A stretch of DNA of 62,693 nucleotides, counting the filler, from Callorhinchus milii (Eukaryota), in assembly GCF_018977255.1 (NCBI RefSeq). It is 6 parts of 6 records of this genome, joined end to end, with 100 filler letters (N's around TTAATTAATTAA, not from the genome) between each part and the next. Parts side by side here need not be neighbours in the genome. Positions count along the whole stretch, not along the records: positions 1 to 17,624 come from NW_024704778.1; 5 more parts are not named here. One strand, 5' to 3'. Position numbers and translations under genes: made by a program. The notes under the pieces were generated by a model. It did no database searches and was not told the DNA's origin. It saw only the letters and a program-made list of their open reading frames with translations. Shown here piece by piece: positions 1 through 10,417 of the stretch (its first letter is position 1; each line of letters starts with the position of its first letter).

Positions 1-1247
1 GCTGTTCGGTCAGCTAGAACCACCCGACCCGTTAGAGCTTTGGCTTCAGGGTTAACAGGAGCTGAGTGGGAGGATTCACAGTGATTGGTCGGCACTTCCA
101 GGTCCTGCTGATGAGCCAGTCTGGGCTGTGCCGTCATCAGCAGTGAGTGCCTGGAATACTGCGGACACTCCTGGAGGGTCAGGAACTGGACGAGACCGTC
201 GTGGGGGGGTGGTGGGGCTTGATTCTAACATTCCGTTACCAAACATGTCACCTTGGAGCAAGTGCTTGGAGTGAGCAGTATTGCCATGCTGGCTGACATT
301 GAGCTGGGAGTCAGTGTTTATCACAATGTAATTACATGTCGCTGTATAACTGACAAGTCTGTCAGGCATGAAGGCTCAGGGACTGATTTATCGATTCACT
401 TTGCCTCCAGCAAAGTTATCACAAGGTCAGTCAGTGCCGATCCCTCCCATGTGTATCTGATTTGAGAGTGAGACTGATATTTCACAGCTCCAACTAACTG
501 CAATGTCTCCCGTGTCGAGGACTATTTCTGTAGCAAATGTTTTGACTGTTCAAATCATCGTCTGTGGGACGTTTGGTCACATTATTGAGTGTCAGGCTGG
601 CTCAGTCTCTCTCCTCTGTTGGAGGGTTGCTTGCTCCGCTTTTGTGAGTGGGTCGATCAGCTCCAGTCACTTGACGTTTGGCACAATGAGGCTACGGAGA
701 TAGATTCAACATCAATAATCCCTCAAATTCTGGCCCAGAATGGAGCAGGCTGTGAGCTTCATTTCCCCCATTCATCTCCTCAGCTAAGTCACCACCTAAC
801 TCACTCCTGTGGGGGTCAGAGCCCTGAAGGCGCTGTAGACCTCACTAACCCACTGTCTGGTACATCCAGGGGTTGGTCCTGTGGTTGGGGCTGGGGTTGG
901 GAGGTCCATGTAAAGCCTTGTCAGCCCGTGGCCTCTGGGAGTGTCTTAGTCACGCTTGGCTGAACTGCTCACACTGATGGATATCGGCTGATGAATATCC
1001 TCAAAGCTTCAGGAATCCATTAATAGTTAATTATCTGATTATCTGACATTGGGATAAAGCGAGAGAGGGCGACGCTCCTGATGTGACAAGCATGAGTGTG
1101 ATTTAATGGCTTGTGACGTTTCTCATTGAGGCGATGGAGAGACTATCTGATAAATAGCCACACAGACACCAGAGCCATCACTTTTCCTTGGAATCTGGCA
1201 GGAACTTTTGCTTGGCCGGGGAGTGGGAGAGAGAGAGGGAGGGAGGG

Positions 1248-4200
1248 ATGGATGTTCCGGCTGGGAAGCTAGAGTTAATGGAGAAGTTTTTCAGCCCTGT
1301 ACCGCAGGGGAGGAGGTCACACAGGGACGGCACGAGCAGCGAGATGGACCTGAGGGGCAGCAAGTGGATGGAAGAAAGGAATCTTGCTTTTGCCTCACCT
1401 TCCTCCTCCTCCTCCTGGTCTTCGGAGGCGAGCTTCGGAAACGAGACCTTCCTCAGCCCGGACTGTGCGGACATGAACAAGTTCTCGCGTTCCTGCACTG
1501 ATGTCAGGGATTTGCGGGAGACGGGGAAATGTTCAGGGCTCTACCGGAGGCACAGCAGGAGTGTAGGGCGGCTGTACCACGAAGACCTTGCCGGCGAGAC
1601 GGCGATCTCCAGCCTGGAGCGCGTTTTGGGGGTTAATCAGAGACACAAAGTCCTGGCTTCCTGCTCGGCTGCCCCCAAACCCACCAAAGGCATCTTAAAG
1701 CATGTGGCCACCTCGAGGACAGACCTCAAGAGGAAAGCGAGATCCATGGAGGTCCTCGCGGTGAGGGGAGCTGAACCAGGATCTGCGGCTTCTCCACACA
1801 AACAGCTGGGCGGCTTCCAGCGCTCGTCCAACACGAGGAAACCGGACTATCAACCCTTAATCTCAACCCCAAACCCAGCCAAAGCGAAAGCCACATTTGT
1901 TCAACAGAAACTCAACTTCTCGAGGTTCCTGGATGAGATCACTCTGCAGGTGATGAGCCCCTCCAGCTTGGATTCGTTGCGTCTGACGTGCGGTCGAGGG
2001 TCAGGGCTGAGGAGCAGAGATCTCTCTGGGGGACCCTCGCTGGACAGCCTGGACAGCAGGGGCTGGGGGAGCGAGAGCCAGGGCCAACAGAGAGCGAGGA
2101 GGAACGTGGCCGAGCAGAGGAACATCAGTCCTGACCGCTGCTCGGTCTCCAACATGCTGTCCACACAACGCGGGGTTAACGTAGACACCTACTCTGGATC
2201 GGAGCGAAGCTACCACCAGCACAAGCCGGGCGGGCGGACACCCAGCGGGAGCAGAGAGCACAGGTTCCCTCCCAGGAAACATGGGCAGGTCAGCCCTGAT
2301 CCACATACAGCCTCCCCCAGACCCCAGCTCAGGCCAGCGCCCAGCAAACACACCGACAGCTCCTCACACGTCAACACGTGGCACAAACACAGCCTCGGCC
2401 AAGCTCCAGGGTCTCCCAAACACACAGACAGCAGCTCGAGCTCCGAGTGCGGTACCACACTCACAGGATCTGACCTCAGTAAGGTAAGGAGTGACGAGAG
2501 ACACGTGGAGTCACACACACGGCTGTTTATCAGCAGTAAGTAGGAATCCGCTTGTTAGTCGATTGGTGGATCCCTTTCCAGGGGTAATAATCCCTTCAAA
2601 CTAAATAATAATAATTTGGTCACTGAATCCACTACTGTTTGTAGGACACTGCTGTGCAGAATACGCTACTGCAATTCACCCATAAAATTCACAGTCACTA
2701 CGCTTTATAGTATAATATGTGAAGCATTTGAGATAGCAACTTGCACTTATATAGCGCCCTCCACGCAGGGTAGCGTCTCAAAGCGCTTAACAGTGGTGGG
2801 GAAGGTGGGCGGAAGCATGGTTGAAATGGAAGGTTTTCAGGTGGGACATGAAAAAGGGGAAAGAAGGGCAAAGTGGAGAGATTGGGGGAGAGTGTTCCAG
2901 AGTTTCAGGGCGTAGTGGCTGAAAGCGTGACCTCCGATGGTGGAATGGAGGGTGCGAGGGACGAGCAGGAGCCGGTGCCAGTCGAGCAGAGGCGCTGACC
3001 AGGTGGTGGATTGGGGAGTGAGGAGGCCGGGGAGGGAGGGAGGGGTCAGGGAGTGAAGGGAATTGAACACGAGAGTGAGAGGATCTTGAAGTCGATCCAT
3101 TGGGTGATGAGGAGCCAGTAGAGCCTGGGCCAGAACTGGTGAAATGTGGGGACGGAGTTTGGTCAGGGTCAGTGTGCGGGCGGCAGAGTCTGAATGAGCT
3201 AATCTTGTGAACGGTGGAGCTGGAGACCGGTGAGAAGGGGTTGGAGTAATCCAAGTGGAAGGTGACCAGCACATGCACGAGGGTTTCGGCTGCATTTGGG
3301 GTAAGGTACGGTCCGAGGCTGGCAATGTGGCGGAGGTGGAAGAAAGCGGTGCTAGTCAGGGACCGGATGTGGGGGAAGAAGGACAGCTGGGGTTTGAACC
3401 CCTAGATTGCGCATGGGTTCAGTGAGTGTGAGGGAGAGCCCAGGAAGGTTGGGAAGTTCAGATCTGCAGCAGTGAAGACGTTGGGCGGAGCCAAGGAGTA
3501 TGGCTTCCATACTCAGCGAGAGACCTGAGTTCAATTCCAGGCGAAACCTTGGGCAAGTTTCCTTACTCCACACAGAGCCTAATAATAATCCCTCCAAAAC
3601 CAAAAACAATAATAAATTGGTCATTTTAATCTACAACTGTTTGTGGGACATTGCTGTGCGCAATTGGCTGCCGCGTTCGCCCACAAATATACAATCACTT
3701 TACAGTGTGTTCTGTGAAGCGCTTTGGGATGTCTTCCCGACGTGAAAAGCGCTATATCAAATGCAAGGATTATTATTATGGCTTCCATCTTGCCCATATT
3801 CAGCTGCAGGAAGTTTACACTCCTCCAGGCCTGATGTTTGCCAGACAAGCTGATAGAACATTGGGGGAGTTGGTGCTGCAGGAGGTAAAGTACATTTGTG
3901 TGTCATCCACATACATGTGGAAGTTTACATCGCTCAGAGGAAGCATATAGATAAGCTATTGCCTCAACTGCACCCGGCTGATCCCGGTGATGGATTTCTA
4001 CGTGGGTCAGACACCCGGCCGATCACGGTGACGGCTGATCACTGTCCCATTTCAAACCTTCCTACTGTTGACCACTCTATTCTTCTCCATCACCTTTCCT
4101 CTCTCCTCTGCTTCAATGGTTCTGTTCTTGCCTGGTTCCAATTCTACCTTTCCCACCATCTGCACTTCATGGCCACCAACTGCTTCTCCTCTACCTCCCC

Positions 4201-6783
4201 CTCCCTCTGTCATGGGCTCTGTCCTCGGTCCCCTCCTCTTCAATCTACATGCTCCTGCTTAGTGATGTCATCTGCAGGCATGGGGTCAATTTTCACATGT
4301 ATATGGGTGACACCCAACTCTATCTGTCCGCCTCCGGCTCCCCATTCCTCAGAGAATCAAGTACAAAACCCTCGTCCTTAACTTCAAGGCCTTCCAAGGT
4401 CTTGCTCCCGTTTGTCCAGCGCCCAGGGACATCCTTCCGACTTGAAGGGCGCTATACACAGGTGGTTTGTTGTTGTTTCCATGTGTGTCAGACCCCCGAC
4501 TGATCACGGTGATGGGTTTCCATGTGTGTCAGACACCCGACTGATCACGGTGATGGGTTTGTGTGTGTGTTGGCCAAACAAACAAAAAATCCATTTATGA
4601 ATTGTTTCTCTTGCTTTAGGAGTTGCTGACAGATGCTGATCAAATCAAGTGAGTAAACTTAACTTTATACACACTCTTGCACTGACTCTCAGTCACTCTC
4701 ACACACACTCAAACCCAGGTTCTCTCACTTGTGAGGCGAGGGCTCTAACCACTACTCCACTTGTGTAAAGATGACTATGATGATATGTGTAATGTTCTGC
4801 CGTCAGGTTACAGGAGAGTTGCTCGAGCGTCCAGCAAACCACCCAGCTGATGGAGGAGAAGCTACACATGATGGTGAGTCACTAATTATTGCTCTTGCAG
4901 TTATTGTCAGGCGTGTGATGAACAACATACTAACAGTGAGTTCACACTATTTCTGTTAAAGTTATGGGACGTTGTTATGTGCAAACTAGCTACCACATTT
5001 GCTTACAAACTGCACAGTCACTACACTTCACAGTATATCCTGTGAAACGCGTTGAGACGTCACGGCCACATGATAAGGCACTATAATCAAGTGTGAGGAT
5101 TATTTATTATTGTAAAGTGAGATCAGAAATCATTTTGGAGCCGTGTAGTGGTTAGCGTGCTCGCCTTGCAAACGAGAGGACCCGGGTTCGATTCCTGGGC
5201 TGGGAGAAACCTTAGGCAATCGAGCCCGAGTCCTTTTGTTTGCTAGCGAACCATGAAGCGATAGGATTCCATCATTATTGTAATTGTTCGCCCTTTTCAC
5301 ACCTTTCAGGCTCAGAATATGGAGACTGAGAGAAAATGTCTGAACCGAAAGATCACGGATTTGACCACCAGTCTGAAGGTGGCACAGAGAACCATTTCCA
5401 CTCTCGAGAAGATTAACGTAAGAAAGCGACGCAGCTTTGAGGGAGAATGTAGCAGAATTTCAGAAATTCTTTTAATGATGATAATTGTTTTTGCCCAGAG
5501 AATATTAAATTGTCAGCCGGGCTCAGTGTGTGTGTGTGTGTGTCAACGGTGGGGGCTCAATGCTAGCAACTCTCGCCTCTGAGTCAGAAGGTTGTGGGTT
5601 AAAGTACCCATGTCAGGACATGGAATCGCAGTCTGAACTGATACCCCAATACAGTGCTGGTGGGGTGGGGGGGCGCGGGTGTTGTATTGTCGGAGATGCC
5701 ATCCTTTGGATGAGTCATTAAAACCTTGCTAACTCCCCATCTGCCTGTTCGGTTGCTGTAGCCCCGACGTAAAAGGCGCTGTGTAAATGCTTGCTTGTTG
5801 TAAATATAACTTGTAAATGCAACAGTCAATTCACTTTACAGTATATTCTGTGAAGCGCTTTGAGACGTTCTCAAAAACTTGTTAAGACCCTGTGTCAAAT
5901 GCCAGGATTATTTTTATTATTGTTGTAGTTGTTTTTGTTGTTGCAGGTGATGGCCGGTCAGCAGTTACAGCATAAACCCGAGCCCTGTGATGATGTTTCA
6001 CCTCCGCCCTGCTTCAGGGACCAAGACAGCAACACAGACCCCGGCCTGAGTCAGTCCTTCCCCGGTGTGGAGGTGAGGGGTGTGGGTCAGTCCTGCCCGC
6101 TGCTGGGGGGCCTGAGGGAGGGGAGCGGGGACCTGAGGGGCAGTGGGACCTCAGCCCAGCGAAGGCCAACCTTCACTCCCTGGACATGTTACCTTGAGGC
6201 CGAGACCTCGGTCCCAGCACCGGGGCAGTCTGAGGCCTGCAGAGACCAGGGGAAAGTTCCGACACACTGCCTGGCCAACTTGGGACCCCAGGTCGCCCCA
6301 CTCTCGGCCCGCCAGGTTGCCCCCCTCTCAACCCCCCATTGTCGAAGCTTATCCGAGGACACACGGGGGAGGTTTGGTCACTGTTGGCCCTCGGTACGAG
6401 GGTCTGTTGGTTCCCACTTATCGCCCTGGGCGGAGCTGAGCAGCGCCCCTGGCTCCGAGGATGAGGGGAACGAGGGCTGGGGCAAGCCCCTCATAGAGAG
6501 GGTGGGCGGAGACAGCCGTGAAGGTGGGAACCAGCTCAGGGAAGTCTCTGTGGTGACGTTTACACACCGCGGCGCAGTAAACGAGGATACCATGTGGCAG
6601 GACAATCCTGCCCTCATGTCCCCCAGCGCCAACCCCAAACTGTGGGGACGTGGGAGCGGATGGGGGGAGTGGGGAACCTACAGGCACGATAGCGAGGACA
6701 CAGTGTGGGAGCCACAGGATCACCGGCAGCTCGAGGGAGGGAAGAGGAACGGTGCTCGAGCCCAGCATCAGCGTCAAACGTAA
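1248..6783 (+). CDS. TJAP1/BEGAIN-family coiled-coil protein, divergent paralog (5 coding exons)
   Basis: Exons 1248-2483, 4620-4648, 4807-4873, 5310-5417, 5947-6783, all GT-AG and phase-compatible. The small exons encode ELLTDADQIK / LQESCSSVQQTTQLMEEKLHMM / AQNMETERKCLNRKITDLTTSLKVAQRTISTLEKIN. These resemble TJAP1 (LTDAERMK, LQNSYTASQRTNQELEDKLH, MDRKTLDWEIVELTNKLLDAKNTINKLEELN) and BEGAIN as recalled. The start codon and terminal exon are less certain. AATAAA near 7392. Confidence 0.7.
2737..3420 (-). mobile_element. L2-clade LINE 3' fragment (end of ORF2 RT)
   Basis: Degenerate L2 ORF2 C-terminal motifs in the ORF track (HVLVTFHLDYSN, IGGHAFSHYALKLWNTLP), plus the tail GCGCTATATAAGTGCAAGTTG. 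Confidence 0.8.
3483..3779 (+). mobile_element. tRNA-derived Deu-type SINE, internally deleted
   Basis: Head remnant, then GGGACATTGCTGTGCGCAATTGGCTGCCGCG core, TGTGAAGCGCTTTGGGATG...GCGCTATATCAAATGCAAG and a (TTA)n tail. Confidence 0.75.
5553..5790 (+). mobile_element. Second SINE family (SacSINE1-like head)
   Basis: GGCTCA...CTCTCGCCTCTGAGTCAGAAGGTTGTGGGTT head. Related copies near 21470, 42737 and 51888. Confidence 0.65.
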
Positions 6784-7739
6784 CCACATGGACAGTCGCC
6801 AGTGATCAGCCACACGAGGAGCCCCACAGAGCAGCGCTCGGGGAGACCGCGGGGCAGCTCAGCTCACACTGGCACATGGTGACCAGGAAAGGGCGTCGTG
6901 ACTGACTGACCATTAATAGTAATCCCTGCATCTGACCCAGCACCTCATCACATCTTCGCGACGTCTCAAAGCGCTTCACAGAATAGACTGTAAAGTGAAT
7001 TGACTGTGTATTTAGTTGGCGAGACGTGGCAGGCAATTGCGTCCCACAAACAGTCGTGGATTAAGCGGCCAAACTATTATTTAAAAAAACTTTTGTTTAA
7101 AAGGGATTATTACCACTGGAAAGTGATCCGCGAATTGACCACCAACCGGGTTCTTACTTACTCCTGGGCAGAGGTATGTGCGGGTGGAGAAAGGAAACGC
7201 GCCTGAAGGTAGCGCCCCACCCTGGAATAGAGCCCGGGTCATCTCGCTCGCGAGGGACAGATAATGAATAGTTTAATGAACGATAATATGCAAAAAAAAT
7301 GAACTTTACAATCACGAGTCACCATCTGAATGTCGGCTCTCCCCCCTTTAGAGATTAGTTGTTTATTACCTGGTTCTCTCTGTTGCATAATAATAAAGTT
7401 GCGTAAACCCACAAAAGCCATTGTTTAATCCTGTGTAATCTATTCTCCCATTCCCCCCCCACCCAGTCTCTGCCCTGTCTACACTCTGTCACACTCCCCC
7501 ACCGCCGCCATCTGGAGATTTCTACTGAGAGCACAAAGCATCAACCGAACTGGTTTGGGTTCAGACCCGCGCTGCTCCGGTCTCCCATTACAGAGCATTG
7601 CGTCTGGAGCACAGCCTGTGGAGCTGTCACTGGGAGGCGGGAGGCAACTGGAGGAATAAGGCGTCCTTATGGGGGGGGTTGGGGGGTCGGGGAAGCTTTT
7701 CACAGCCTTATTTAGACACAAACCCTCTTTGTCTCTGCA

Positions 7740-8230
7740 GTGACCTCGCGCACAGCCATCTTGGTTTTCTCTCTCTCTCTCTCACTCGCCTCGGTCACGT
7801 GCCGTCGCCTGTCACTCACCGGCACGACAACAACCACCACTGCGCGTGCGCGCGGTCGCCGCCCCACCTCTGCGGCATTTGAATCGCAACCGTCACCAAA
7901 GGCTGGTTCGAACCGGCCTGAACCGGTTACCGCTTCACCGCTTTTCATCCAGTGAATCAATGCGCCGGCACATTTCCGCACCCCCCCTCCCCCACCACCT
8001 AGAAAAGCACTAACGGACGGCAAAAGCCCCCAATTTTTTCCTTTTTTTTCGCGAGACAACGGAAACAGTCGACCGACGTTTATTATCTGAAAGAATCTTC
8101 GTCCCCGCCTGAAGTGGCGGACGAAATAAACCGTACGAGAGGAGGGAGTAATTTGAGGCGGAGTAATCCGCAAACGTCAGTGCTCGCTGCTGCTATAAAA
8201 AGCGGCGACGTGAGCCGCAGCGCAGATTGG
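7740..8230 (+). promoter_or_regulatory. CpG-island promoter with TATA box, driving the MALAT1-like lncRNA
   Basis: CpG-rich stretch. CRE half-site AAACGTCA near 8172, TATAAAAA at 8194-8201, and an initiator-like GCAGATT about 25-30 nt downstream. Confidence 0.65.
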
Positions 8231-8242
8231 TGCGGGAGCGAG

Positions 8243-8410
8243 CGAGGCGGTCGGAGGCGCGGGGGAGGAGGAGCAGCAGCGAGGCGGTCGGAGGCGCGGG
8301 GGAGGAGGAGCAGCGAGGCGGTCGGAGGCGCGGGGGAGGAGGAGCAGCGAGGCGGGCGGAGGAGCGAGGGAGGAGGAGCAGCGAGGCGGGCGGAGGAGCG
8401 AGGCGGGCGA
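8243..8410 (+). repeat. ~33-bp GGA-rich tandem repeat at the lncRNA 5' end
   Basis: Repeated GCGAGGCGGTCGGAGGCGCGGGGGAGGAGGAGCA, degenerating towards the 3' end. Confidence 0.8.
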
Positions 8411-9997
8411 GCGAAGCGACAGGGCAGGAGTGCGATGAGGCGATGGGAGCGGGTGGGGGCGTCGGGAGAGGAGGGTTTTTCTTTGGCGGGGGAAGGGGAG
8501 CAGTTGAGCAGAGGAGAACTGGGTTTAAACGGAGGGGGGAGGGCGGTGTTAGGTGTTTATGTTGGTAAAATACAGAGGGAGGGAGCGGTGCGAGTGAGTA
8601 GTGAAGGTGTCGAGTCCCCCGAAGATTACTCTCTGTTTAACGGAGCGGACAGGGTGGGCGAGTGAGGCCGTGTTACCGCTGAAGGACGGACGGGTTTAGA
8701 CGGGGAGGGGGGGAGCAAACTCGACGCCGCGTCCGTTGAAGGTTCGAGAATAAAAACGGCTCCGGGGGGCGTGGCCTCGATTAGGGGCGGGGCTGCGAGG
8801 CGTGTTGACGTGTGCAGCGAGAAGTCCCCCCCCCCCCCCCCCCGGGGGCCGCCCAGTCCTGTTGCCAAGGGCGCGGTTTGGTTGATAAATACCTGAGTGT
8901 TGACTGAGTCACAGTCCGGAGAGGAGAGAGGGTTCACCTCTGGTAGACGGGTTACCCGCCAAGATGGAAGACGGTAGAGGAAAGGACTGAGCTGGGACTT
9001 GGGAGCAAAGTTGAGATGATCCCTATCGGGGATTGTGCGGCAGTGCGGCTTTAATGTGTCTGGAATGATGTGTGGGGGACTGCGGTGTGGCTGCGTGTGA
9101 AATGTCATGTTTTATGTGAAGGGTAAGAGTTGAAGCATTGACGGAACAAGTTGAAAGGACTGCAAGCGGTTGGTTGGTTGAGGAGGAGAGCAGTGCACGA
9201 CTGGATCACCATCACAGACGGTATAGCGGCGTTGGACATCGTGAGCAGAGTAAGAGGAAGCAGAGGAAGAAGGGAGCCAAGAGGACGTCAGGAGAAGGGG
9301 GTTTGGATAGACAGAAAACAGAATACAGCCCAGATGAGAGTTAGACAGCAGAACTGATGAAGAGAGTACCTGAAATGAGGCTTTGTGGAAGCAAAGAAGG
9401 GCCCGTGATGAGGTAGACAGCGCAGTCCAGATGAAGATGTGGAGGGTTGAAATCTTCTGGACATGTCAGATAGTGAAGAAGAGAAAGGCTGGTTTGTATA
9501 TTAAGAACATGGTAACTTAAAACCAGGCAACACTATCCTCCGTTACTTTCTGTAATTGAGGGGTTGTAGTAACACTTGTCATTGAGTGTTTGGGTGGGCA
9601 ATGTTTCCAGTTTTATTTTCCAGGCATATTCTGTACCGGCAGTGCGTACCGTCATGTGAAACGTTTGGCAGCAGGATGAAGCGGCTGTGCAGTGGTTACT
9701 GATGTGCCTTTAGTGACGTCTCCATACCCACTGAGATCCTGTCCATCTGCTTTTGGTTTTTTGTATTTTTTATCAAATTAGGTTGAGATCTACTTTGCTG
9801 GATTGTCAGCAAGTCTGCAGCTGGGGGAGACCTTGATGCGAGTATTAAACTGGCAAAGTTTTGAGCAGCTAAGTGACTCTTTCTGACCTGTAATGTGACA
9901 TATTCTGTGTTTGCAGTGTGAGGAGCATTGGCCACTGAGATATGTGAGCATGGTTTGTAATAATACAGAAGGGAAGTGGGACAGGGTCTGCGTTATA

Positions 9998-10417
9998 ATG
10001 CACCGGGGCTTTACGCCCCCTGTGGTGCACCGGGGCTTTACGCCCCCTGTGGTGCACTGGGGCTTTACGCCCCCTGTGGTGCACCGGGGCTTTACGCCCC
10101 CTGTGGTGCACCGGGGCTTTACGCCCCCTGTGGTGCACCGGGGCTTTACGCCCCTGTGGTGCACCGGGGCTTTACGCCCCCTGTGGTGCACCGGGGCTTT
10201 ACGCCCCCTGTGGTGCACCGGGGCTTTACGCCCCCTGTGGTGCACCGGGGCTTTACGCCCCCTGTGGTGCACCGGGGCTTTACGCCCCCTGTGGTGCACC
10301 GGGGCTTTACGCCCCCTGTGGTGCACCGGGGCTTTACGCCCCCTGTGGTGCACCGGGGCTTTACGCCCCCTGTGGTGCACCGGGGCTTTACGCCCCCTGT
10401 GGTGCACCGGGGCTTTA
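9998..10417 (+). repeat. 27-bp minisatellite (~15 copies)
   Basis: Unit GTGGTGCACCGGGGCTTTACGCCCCCT, near-identical copies. Confidence 0.95.

Noticed and set aside
1..960. Short ORFs at the window start
   Set aside because: No recognisable domain or consistent exon structure.
8114..8665. 183-aa Arg/Gly/Glu-rich ORF
   Set aside because: GC-rich repeat read-through, non-ATG start, and it overlaps the TATA box.
9998..10417. CRISPR-like appearance of palindromic repeats
   Set aside because: No unique spacers, no cas genes, and the DNA is vertebrate.
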